Assembly (NCBI GenBank): GCA_001643675.2 | Contig: LSRY02000055.1 | Span: 248,001 to 312,000 of the forward strand | Direction: 5' to 3' | DNA from: Monocercomonoides exilis PA203 | Taxonomy: Eukaryota; Protista; Preaxostyla | Length of the DNA stretch: 64,000 nucleotides | Part shown: positions 52,031 through 63,326 of the stretch, piece after piece | Position numbering within the stretch: the first letter of the stretch is position 1 | Layout: every line of letters starts with the position of its first letter | Translations under genes and position numbers: made by a program | The notes under the pieces: generated by a model | The model's database searches: none | What the model was told of the DNA's origin: nothing | Seen by the model: only the letters and a program-made list of their open reading frames with translations

Positions 52031-52803
52031 TTGGTGGTGTGGAGGCAGAGGTGCGACAGGAATGGGGCGATATGAAGGGTTTACCATGAGAGGGTGTTTT
52101 GCGCTAGAGACATACAAAGAAATGAAGTATATATTTTTTGATTAGGAGAAGGATGATGGGAGAAGGAGATGCAGGAAGTGAGGGAAAAGGGATTTGGGCG
52201 AAGGGGTTGCGACATTTGGTGGAGGGGAGTTGATATTTTGGAGGAAATGGTGAGAAGAAGGCGGAGACGATTTGGGCAGGGGATGGGAAGGGACTCCTCA
52301 GATGGAATGCTCGTATCTCTTCAAATTTTTTTATTGAACGGAGCTGGTTGAGCTTTTCTTCTGGAAGCAGAACCGAAGATTGGAAACAAACAATTTTAGG
52401 GAGCATATGAGAAGCAGAGAAAGGGTAGATCTGTTCTTTTGGGAGAAGGGAGAAATTTGTGGAAAAGAGGGGAAAAGAAAAAATAGTCTCCGAAAAAATG
52501 GATAATTTGAAAGGTATTGGCTTGCATTTTTATTAATATTCTTTTTTTCAATTTTTCGTATGTTATTTTTTTAATATAAAAATAGAATTTTTGCAAGAAT
52601 ATTCAATGGCAATGCATTGCACTTGGAATAAGGAAAGAAGGCGGAAAATGACCATCCAAAGAGGATATTTCGGGGAAAGCATTCCAATCAGAAGGGGCAG
52701 AAGAAATAGAAAAATGTGAATTCAAGCTTGTTTGGATGTTTTGCGATATTTTTCTAAGAGGTGAAAGGAAGAGAAGGAGTTATTGAATGGAATATTTCTG
52801 TGA

Positions 52804-54414
52804 GTGGGTCAAGCTCCATTCCTCTCATCAATCTTCATTCCCCTTGTTTCCTTCTCCAAACTCACATTTTTCAATATCTCCACAGCATTTTCAGATTGCC
52901 CATCTCCAGCAACTACATTATCCCAAATATCGTGTTTTCTGAACAGTTGCTCCTTTTCATCAGTTTGTGATGCGTATGATGGCGGGATTGTTCATTCCCT
53001 CAACAATCCCTATGCCTCTTTGTCTGTTTCAAATACATCATTCACTGGATGTTATCGAACAAGGAATGTTGAATGCAATGGAACTGCAGATAATAAGCTA
53101 ACTCCAGGGAGACAAAATGAAACATTCAATGGAGCAAATTCATTTATTTGGTGCGAATGGAATGGGTCGAATACAACAGGAACAGAAAATACATCCGCTG
53201 ATGTTGCTTCAAATGGAGGGGCCATCTGCATGTATGGCCAATCAAGCGCATCGGCTTCAATTAAGCACTGCTCATTCAATGATTGCAATGCTTATTGGGA
53301 TGGAGGGGGAGTCATGTGTGCAAATATTAAATCGGTTGAAATTGAAAACAATACGTTCAACTCTTGTTCCACAAAAACTAATGGCGGAGGAGGAATGTGC
53401 ATTTATGCAATTTCATCGTGTGTTCTGATCAGTGGGTGCGAATTCCAGAATTGTGAAGCAGATCGTGCTGGAGGAGGACTTTATCTTGAAAATTTTAATA
53501 TTTCAGGATCTGGATGCATAGGTGAAGAAGATGGAGAAGGAGGGAGCTCGTGTGTGTTTGACTGCAGTTTCACTTCATGCTCAATCACAAATTCATATGG
53601 TGGAGGCATGTTTTGTAAAACTGTTCCTGAGACACAATTCAAAATGAGGAGCATTCAGTTCATTTCATGCAATGCATCATCATATGGAGGAGGATTTCAT
53701 TTAAATCCGAACAGACAAACAACCCCAAATGATAGAATCTATTGCTATTTTTTGTTCTTCCACGAATGCAAATGCTCAGCCAATCCTCCACGCGGACATG
53801 ATATTGCATATGCAGATTATTACAAACATTTTTTGGATTCTGGAAATCCGTTCAACGAGTGCTATACTACAAATGCTGATGATCGGAGATTATTTTATGA
53901 ACATTACAATGGAAGTAATTGGATTGGTCAACATATAGAAAAGAAGTGGTGGTTGAAAGACAAGACGATATATGTTTCGGTGAATGGAAATGATACATCT
54001 CCGCTTTGTGGGGCAAATGAAACAAATCCGTGTCTGACAGTGAAGAAGGCGTTTGATATGTGTGAGGTGCAGATTAGCTTGACAATCACTCTGATGGAAG
54101 GGGATCATCAAAGCGAGGCAACAACTATTGAGATTGGGACAAAGAAGATTTCGGTCATTGGGAAAGGGAGGACGGAAAGTTCGATTGGAATAGGAGCACT
54201 TTCATCGGTAGGAGCGCTGTTCAGCGTGACGACAGGAAACCTTGGCTTATTGCACATGAAGGTTGACTGCAACTCAAATATAAATTATTCGCCGAGTGTG
54301 GTTGTGGTATCTTATAGAAGCGGATCATTTTCACTTGAGTCAAGAAGCGAATTGGGCAAATCGGAAATGGAGAAATATTTATTAATTTTATTAAAATTTC
54401 TTTTTGCTCTTTAA
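52804..54414 (+). pseudogene. Beta-helix surface protein copy 9: open core cassette, no signal peptide
   Basis: 536 open codons from a GTG. Same frameshifting deletion after SVS(E/G)S as copies 5, 7 and 10. Confidence 0.7.
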
Positions 54415-54742
54415 ACAAAAAGAAGTGACTTATTAATTTTATAATTATCATTTTTAATTGAATTTTATTTTGTTTTTCACATACACCAAAAATAATTCAA
54501 TTTCGAAAAAAAAAATAATTCAATTTCGAAATGAAAAATTTTTTGATTTGTGGAACGAATAGCTTGTGTTTTGTGGTTAAAATTCTCTTAATTGATGCCT
54601 CATCAGAACATTTTGTTTATCAACATTTGATAAATGATGAATTTTCATAAAAATAAATAAATTGATTTTGATTGAAAAATTTCAAATTTTTTGTTAATTC
54701 AAAAAAAAAAAAGAGAGAGAGAGAGAGAATATCATTTTCTTG

Positions 54743-55001
54743 TGTGTGATTATTTTTAAATTCATATTTTCTCTATCAAAAATTTTTGTTAGAAAACTCT
54801 CTTTGAATGTTGATAAATGATCACAGAAAAGTGACAACTCCTTTCAAAGATTCTTTTTTCTTGTATATTATCTCAAACATCGTCATTAAAAACTATTGAA
54901 ATGATTTTCACATTTCAATGATTAATTGATTCTCTTTGAAAGTGAATATTCATAATAATCATCACCCCGAAAAAAGTTTTGATTTCAAAAATAATCACAC
55001 A
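54743..55001. mobile_element. 259-bp MITE-like element (same family as 43724-43980)
   Basis: TGTGTGATTATTTTTAAATTCATA ... CCCCGAAAAAAGTTTTGATTTCAAAAATAATCACACA. Confidence 0.55.
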
Positions 55002-55959
55002 TATTATAAATTGATGTTTTTCTTATTTTCACCTCAGAAACTATAAAATTTTTACGAAAAAATATCTTTTCTTTTGTCATTCAATAAATATGGTGAAAAA
55101 TACGGACTTTCAAGCTTTTTATGCACAAGGCATGAAAAAATTGTTTCATTTATTACATTTTGAAACTCAACCAGATTTCAAATTTATTTGATTTTCATAT
55201 TTGAAAGCAAACGCCATTGATATAATAACATCATGTTGTGTGACATCACATGTATTTCAAAAAACAAACTCATTTTTTTCAAATTTTTTGATCACAAAAA
55301 GATCATCTTTGATACATAATTTTTCAATGAAAATGCCTAAAGTCAAATATTTTGTCCCATATGTTGTTTTTTTTGAAATGTCGAAATTGTTTGATTTTCA
55401 AATAATATTGAAATTCAGTATTTTAATCTTGTACTTGTTTGGATACATGACACTCCACCATCATGGAATTTATCGATTGATGATTCAATAAAATCCTTTC
55501 TTGTGTATGTTCATAAGCGGAAATTATTATTTGATAAAAATATTGAATTTCAATATTATTTGAAAATCAAACAATTTCGACATTTCAAAAAAAACAACAT
55601 ATGGGACAAAATATTTGACTTTAGGCATTTTCATTGAAAAATTATGTATCAAAGATGATCTTTTTGTGATCAAAAAATTTGAAAAAAATGAGTTTGTTTT
55701 TTGAAATACATGTGATGTCACACAACATGATGTTATTATATCAATGGCGTTTGCTTTCAAATATGAAAATCAAATAAATTTGAAATCTGGTTGAGTTTCA
55801 AAATGTAATAAATGAAACAATTTTTTCATGCCTTGTGCATAAAAAGCTTGAAAGTCCGTATTTTTCACCATATTTATTGAATGACAAAAGAAAAGATATT
55901 TTTTCGTAAAAATTTTATAGTTTCTGAGGTGAAAATAAGAAAAACATCAATTTATAATA

Positions 55960-56218
55960 TGTGTGATTATTTTTGAAATCAAAACTTTTTTCGGGGTGAT
56001 GATTATTATGAATATTCACTTTCAAAGAGAATCAATTAATCATTGAAATGTGAAAATCATTTCAATAGTTTTTAATGACGATGTTTGAGATAATATACAA
56101 GAAAAAAGAATCTTTGAAAGGAGTTGTCACTTTTCTGTGATCATTTATCAACATTCAAAGAGAGTTTTCTAACAAAAATTTTTGATAGAGAAAATATGAA
56201 TTTAAAAATAATCACACA
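55960..56218. mobile_element. Mirror copy of the 259-bp MITE-like element
   Basis: Reverse complement of 54743-55001. Confidence 0.55.
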
Positions 56219-56547
56219 CAAGAAAATGATATTCTCTCTCTCTCTCTCTTTTTTTTTTTTGAATTAACAAAAAATTTGAAATTTTTCAATCAAAATCAAT
56301 TTATTTATTTTTATGAAAATTCATCATTTATCAAATGTTGATAAACAAAATGTTCTGATGAGGCATCAATTAAGAGAATTTTAACCACAAAACACAAGCT
56401 ATTCGTTCCACAAATCAAAAAATTTTTCATTTCGAAATTGAATTATTTTTTTTTTCGAAATTGAATTATTTTTGGTGTATGTGAAAAACAAAATAAAATT
56501 CAATTAAAAATGATAATTATAAAATTAATAAGTCACTTCTTTTTTGT

Positions 56548-58157
56548 TTAAAGAGCAAAAAGAAATTTTAATAAAATTAATAAATATTTCTCCATTTCCG
56601 ATTTGCCCAATTCGCTTCTTGACTCAAGTGAAAATGATCCGCTTCTATAAGATACCACAACCACACTCGGCGAATAATTTATATTTGAGTTGCAGTCAAC
56701 CTTCATGTGCAATAAGCCAAGGTTTCCTGTCGTCACGCTGAACAGCGCTCCTACCGATGAAAGTGCTCCTATTCCAATCGAACTTTCCGTCCTCCCTTTC
56801 CCAATGACCGAAATCTTCTTTGTCCCAATCTCAATAGTTGTTGCCTCGCTTTGATGATCCCCTTCCATCAGAGTGATTGTCAAGCTAATCTGCACCTCAC
56901 ACATATCAAACGCCTTCTTCACTGTCAGACACGGATTTGTTTCATTTGCCCCACAAAGCGGAGATGTATCATTTCCATTCACCGAAACATATATCGTCTT
57001 GTCTTTCAACCACCACTTCTTTTCTATATGTTGACCAATCCAATTACTTCCATTGTAATGTTCATAAAATAATCTCCGATCATCAGCATTTGTAGTATAG
57101 CACTCGTTGAACGGATTTCCAGAATCCAAAAAATGTTTGTAATAATCTGCATATGCAATATCATGTCCGCGTGGAGGATTGGCTGAGCATTTGCATTCGT
57201 GGAAGAACAAAAATAGCAATAGATTCTATCATTTGGGGTTGTTTGTCTGTTCGGATTTAAATGAAATCCTCCTCCATATGATGATGCATTGCATGAAATG
57301 AACTGAATGCTCCTCATTTTGAATTGTGTCTCAGGAACAGTTTTACAAAACATGCCTCCACCATATGAATTTGTGATTGAGCATGAAGTGAAACTGCAGT
57401 CAAACACACACGAGCTCCCTCCTTCTCCATCTTCTTCACCTATGCATCCAGATCCTGAAATATTAAAATTTTCAAGATAAAGTCCTCCTCCAGCACGATC
57501 TGCTTCACAATTCTGGAATTCGCACCCACTGATCAGAACACACGATGAAATTGCATAAATGCACATTCCTCCTCCGCCATTAGTTTTTGTGGAACAAGAG
57601 TTGAACGTATTGTTTTCAATTTCAACCGATTTAATATTTGCACACATGACTCCCCCTCCATCCCAATAAGCATTGCAATCATTGAATGAGCAGTGCTTAA
57701 TTGAAGCCGATGCGCTTGATTGGCCATACATGCAGATGGCCCCTCCATTTGAAGCAACATCAGCGGATGTATTTTCTGTTCCTGTTGTATTCGACCCATT
57801 CCATTCGCACCAAATAAATGAATTTGCTCCATTGAATGTTTCATTTTGTCTCCCTGGAGTTAGCTTATTATCTGCAGTTCCATTGCATTCAACATTCCTT
57901 GTTCGATAACATCCAGTGAATGATGTATTTGAAACAGACAAAGAGGCATAGGGATTGTTGAGGGAATGAACAATCCCGCCATCATACGCATCACAAACTG
58001 ATGAAAAGGAGCAACTGTTCAGAAAACACGATATTTGGGATAATGTAGTTGCTGGAGATGGGCAATCTGAAAATGCTGTGGAGATATTGAAAAATGTGAG
58101 TTTGGAGAAGGAAACAAGGGGAATGAAGATTGATGAGAGGAATGGAGCTTGACCCAC
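56548..58157 (-). pseudogene. Beta-helix surface protein copy 10 (mirror of copy 9); 1-nt homopolymer frameshift near 57210
   Basis: ORFs 57024-58157 and 56548-57219 together equal 52804-54414. A5 here vs T6 at ~53748. Confidence 0.7.
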
Positions 58158-58919
58158 TCACAGAAATATTCCATTCAATAACTCCTTCTCTTCCTTTCAC
58201 CTCTTAGAAAAATATCGCAAAACATCCAAACAAGCTTGAATTCACATTTTTCTATTTCTTCTGCCCCTTCTGATTGGAATGCTTTCCCCGAAATATCCTC
58301 TTTGGATGGTCATTTTCCGCCTTCTTTCCTTATTCCAAGTGCAATGCATTGCCATTGAATATTCTTGCAAAAATTCTATTTTTATATTAAAAAAATAACA
58401 TACGAAAAATTGAAAAAAAGAATATTAATAAAAATGCAAGCCAATACCTTTCAAATTATCCATTTTTCGGAGACTATTTTTCTTTTCCCCTCTTTCCACA
58501 AATTTCTCCCTTCTCCCAAAAGAACAGATCTACCCTTTCTCTGCTTCTCATATGCTCCCTAAAATTGTTTGTTTCCAATCTTCGGTTCTGCTTCCAGAAG
58601 AAAAGCTCAACCAGCTCCGTTCAATAAAAAATTTGAAGAGATACGAGCATTCCATCTGAGGAGTCCCTTCCCATCCCCTGCCCAAATCGTCTCCGCCTTC
58701 TTCTCACCATTTCCTCCAAAATATCAACTCCCCTCCACCAAATGTCGCAACCCCTTCGCCCAAATCCCTTTTCCCTCACTTCCTGCATCTCCTTCTCCCA
58801 TCATCCTTCTCCTAATCAAAAAATATATACTTCATTTCTTTGTATGTCTCTAGCGCAAAACACCCTCTCATGGTAAACCCTTCATATCGCCCCATTCCTG
58901 TCGCACCTCTGCCTCCACA

Positions 58920-60550
58920 CCACCAATGCAAAGCGCCAGCGCTGATGTTCCTTCTTCCCGTCTTCCTCCACCTCCACCTCCATCCCTTGCCCTTCAAATA
59001 CCTGGCGCGTCCAAAGGGTCCATCCAATAATTTATATAAAAATATGAAAAAATTTTTCTTCACTTTTTTTCTTCAACCCCACTTCCCTTTCTTATCAAAC
59101 ATACATCCGCAAAAACTCTTCTCTTTGTTCCGCCTCATATGAACCCTCCTCTCTCTCCCTGCATTTGAAAAATAACATCTTCCCCCATATCTCTCCATCT
59201 CGAATCCTCCCCTCCGATAAATATATTCCATTCACTCTACCCATCTTCTGCCCTTCTTGTTTCCCCCTCTTATCCCACCTCCTCCACATTAAATTCCTTT
59301 TCTCAAATAATTAACACTGCCTAAACACCTTCCAACTCACAAAAATCGAAAAAACAACCCCTCAAAACTCCATCCCTATCCATCTCCCAAACATCCATTT
59401 TGCCTCTTAAACCTCCCAAAAACACCTCTTTTCCACAATAAATATTCTTTTATCGCTCCTTTCCCCTTCGTAACCCTGTTTCCTCCAAAAACTCAGCTCC
59501 ATCACCCCACACCATAAATCCATCCCTTTGTTATCGCATTGTCTTCATATGCCCATTCAGCAACGACACATCGAGTTGTGCTCCTTTTCTTTTGTGGCTC
59601 TTATTCGTTATGGAACATGATCAAGAAATGCCAAATGCTCAGAAACTGTCAACGGAGTGAGTCTCCGAAGCTAAAGCAAAGGCAGGTTGACCAAGTGAAA
59701 TATTTCCAGTGAAAAGGAGGATACTACAAAAACGATATTTCTTTGATGGAAGATGAAATTGTGCGTTTTGATTGATGAATGGCTGGGGAGCAACAATATT
59801 TTCGATGGAAATGAAGAATTTTCAATGTATGTATTTTAAATTGTTCTATTTGTTGTGAAGATATTTCCATCCGTATCCTCTCCAAAGTGGTGATTCAGAC
59901 GATTTATTAAAAATGGACAATTTATTCCATGCAGAGGAGAACAGCGAGGAAGCGAGCTAAATGTTATCTTACAAATATATTAGAGCCAGAATGTATTTTA
60001 TCATAAATGTTTATGCAACTTTTTATGGACTCAACATGTGGCATATGGAAATACGATGAAAAATGAATTCTGATGGAGCGGAAATCAACAGGGTTGGAAG
60101 ATATCCAAAGCTAAAAAAGGAAGAATGATCAATCTCTATGAAAAGGGAACGTTTTTTAATGAGGGTGGGATTTTTTCAGAAAAAGCATTGTTGGAGAGAT
60201 TGGGGCCGATGACTGAAACAGAGATTAGCAGCAGTTGGGACAGAACAAGGAGCATTTCTTGGAATAAGAAGGGCAAGACATTGATTTTATGGATTGAGGG
60301 GAGCGATGGAACAGCATTTGATTGCTTGACTTGAGAGGCGAAAATACGAGGAAAACAGGCGGCTTAGCGTTATACAGGCAGCTGGAGGCAAATTACAGGC
60401 AAAATGGATTTGAGTCATTTAACCTTTGTCTTCAGCCTTCTATCATCGAAGGGTTGTCCACAAGAACAGAGAACGAGGCTGCGATGCTGAGAATATCTTC
60501 TGTCAGAAGATATACAGTATTCAAACTTGAAAATAACTTCGCCTTCTTCG
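58920..60550. repeat. Conserved spacer block, copy D (inverted)
   Basis: Mirror of copy C, except for a patch identical to copy A (59718-59786). Confidence 0.9.
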
Positions 60551-60724
60551 CCTTCTTTACCTTCTTCTCCATCTTCGCCTTCTTCTCCTTCTTCATCCTC
60601 ATCTTCATCTCCTTCATCTACTTCATTGCTATCATCGAATTCTTCTCCATCATTTTTTTCATATGCACCTCCTTGACAAATGAAATTACATAAATTTCAT
60701 CCTACTTGTCCATTATCATATTCG

Positions 60725-60843
60725 TCTTTATCTTCTTCGCCTTCATCTCCTTCATCGCCTTCCTCGTCTTCTTCGCCTTCATCTCCTTCATCATCTTCTT
60801 CTTCTTATTCTTCTTCTTATTCTTATTCTTCTTCATCTTCATC

Positions 60844-60882
<39 letters not shown>

Positions 60883-60975
60883 TTCTTCTTCTTCTTCTTC
60901 TTTTTCTTCTTTTTCTTCTTCTTCTTCTTCTTCTTCTTCTTCTTCTTCTTCTTCTTTATCTTCTTCGTCTTCTCC
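60725..60975 (-). repeat. (TTC)n/(ATC)n compound repeat, mirror of 49985-50230
   Basis: Direct reading. Confidence 0.9.
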
Positions 60976-61865
60976 ACCTTCTCCGCCTTTTCGAAAGATT
61001 CGAATAAAAGAGGATATTCCGATGAGTGCAGTTCCGAGGATTGGAAGTGAGCTAGTTTTTGGAAGCAGAACAGAATCGATTTCATTGGCAATGAAACAGG
61101 CAGCAGAAGCAAAAAAGGCGAGTTTTGTTGGCAGAAAAGAACAATAATTTGAGAGGCTCAAGAAGAAGAAGAAAGTGTGTGAAGATTGGCAATAAATATA
61201 TTTTTAGAGTTTGTTTTATATTATTTTTTTTTCTCAAATTTTTCACATATTTATTTTTTTTATTTTTTTGAGGGATTAAGATTTATGGAAGGATGCTTTC
61301 AGGCAACGAATGAACATGGGAAAAAGAGCACGTTGGATGCTTTTGAGAAATCAGGCAATGACAAAAAATTTGAGAATATTGAAGAATGAGCCAGAGGTGT
61401 TAACTGAAATGAATGGAAGAGGAGACCTTTGAAGATTTGTGCAGCGATTTGAAAAAGAAGAAGGGGAAGCGACGGAAAAGAGTAATCGGAAAATTGAGGA
61501 AATGGCTGAAGAAGAAATGTGACAGGAAGTCAAGATGGAAATGAAGATGAAGAAAAGGAAGAAGAATGCAAAAAGAAAAAGGTACTGGTTTGTGATATTT
61601 TTAATATCAATTTTATGTATTTTTATATTTTTATTTTCAATGATGACAGGGACTTTTGCATGAATATTCAAAAGGGATGAATGCGAATGGAATATGGAAA
61701 GAAGGAAGAAAACGGAAACAGAAGGAAAAAAAAGAGATGTGTGGAAGCCATGATGATCAGAAGGGGAAGAAGAAGCAGAAAAAATGATACAACTATATTG
61801 AGATATTTTTGGCATGGTGCTAAGAGGCAAGGGAAAGAGAAGGATGCACAGAAGGAAGTGTTTCA

Positions 61866-63326
61866 GTGAGCGAATCACACTTTTCCTATTTTTTCCAATT
61901 TTTCTCATCGCCTTCCATTCCCCTAATATCCCTCTCACATCTGACATTTTTCAACACCTCAACAGCAAATGAGGCATGTTTGCCTTTAACGACTATGTCA
62001 ACCCAAACCACATGTCCGATGAGCAGTTGCTCCTTTTCATCAGTTTGCGATATGTATGATGGTGGGATTGTTCATTCCCTCAACAATCCCTATGCCTCTT
62101 TGTCTGTTTCAAATACATCATTCGTTGGGTGTTGTCGGACAAGAAACGTTGAATGCATTGGAACTGCAGATAGAAAGTTGACTCCTGGGAGACAGAATGA
62201 AACATTCAACGGAGCTAATACATTCACTTGGTGTGAATGGGATGGTTCGAGAACAACAGGAGAAAATGATTCTGTTTCAGATGGAAAATCGAGTGGCGGG
62301 GCTATCTGCATGTTCAGTCAATCATCTGCCTCTGTGTCTGTTTCTCATTGCACTTTCAGCAACTGCTATGCTCATTATGCAGGCGGCGGAATAAATTGCT
62401 ACAATATTAAGTCTGTTGAGATTGTGAATAACACATTTGATTCATGCACTGCGCAAAGTTATCGAGGGGGTGGAATGTTCATTTTGACGATTTCATCGTG
62501 TGTTCGGATCAGCGGATGTGAATTCAAGGATTGCAAAGCAGTTAATTATGGAGGAGGACTTTATCTTGATAATTTTAATGTTTCAGGAACAGGATGCATT
62601 CCAACAGAAAATGAGGGAGGAGAGAGTGCGTGCGTGTTTGACTGCTGTTTCACATCATGTTCGGTTACAAATAATTTTGGTGGAGGCATGTATTGCGCTA
62701 CTGTTCCAGCTGCATTCAAAATGAGGAGCATTCAGTTCATTTCTTGCTCTGCAACTGCATATGGTGGAGGAATGAGATTGTATCCATACAGACAAACCGC
62801 ACCCGATGATGGAATCTATTGTTATTTCCTTTTTTTCCACGAGTGCAAATGTTCTAACAACCCATCTTACGGCCATGATGTAATGTATCATGATCACTAC
62901 AGTGTCTTTTTATCTTCTAATAATCCGTTCTATGAATGTTACACCACAAATGCAGATGAGAAGAGAGTGTGCTACGGATATGATTATACGGATTCCAAGG
63001 GTTGGTCGTTCTATCACACAGAAAAGTGGGATTGGCTGAAGAGAGGGATTCTCAATCGATTTGTGGCAGTGAGTGGTGGTGGCGAAGACGATCTGTGTGG
63101 ATTGGATGAGTCAAGTGCATGCCGAACCATCGGTGTTGCAGTTGAAAAGAGCGTGATCCAGGTGAGCCTGTCAGTCACGCTGCTGGAAGGGGATCACATA
63201 AGCGAGACAACAACGATTGATATTGGAGAAAAGAAGATTTCAGTCATTGGGAAAGAAAGGACGGAGAGTTTGATTGGAACAGGAGCACTTTCATCATCAT
63301 CTTCTTCCTCATCATTTTCATCATGA
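61866..63326 (+). pseudogene. Beta-helix surface protein copy 11: open core cassette, no signal peptide, ending at TGALSSSS
   Basis: 486 open codons from a GTG (VSESHFS..). A decayed homologue of the G/E-rich linker lies upstream. Confidence 0.7.

Noticed and set aside
17496-62897. Numerous 60-280-aa ORFs overlapping the beta-helix copies (e.g. 18951-19787, 26380-26826, 38158-38553)
   Set aside because: Antisense or alternate-frame shadows of the real coding frame; they recur only because the locus is duplicated.
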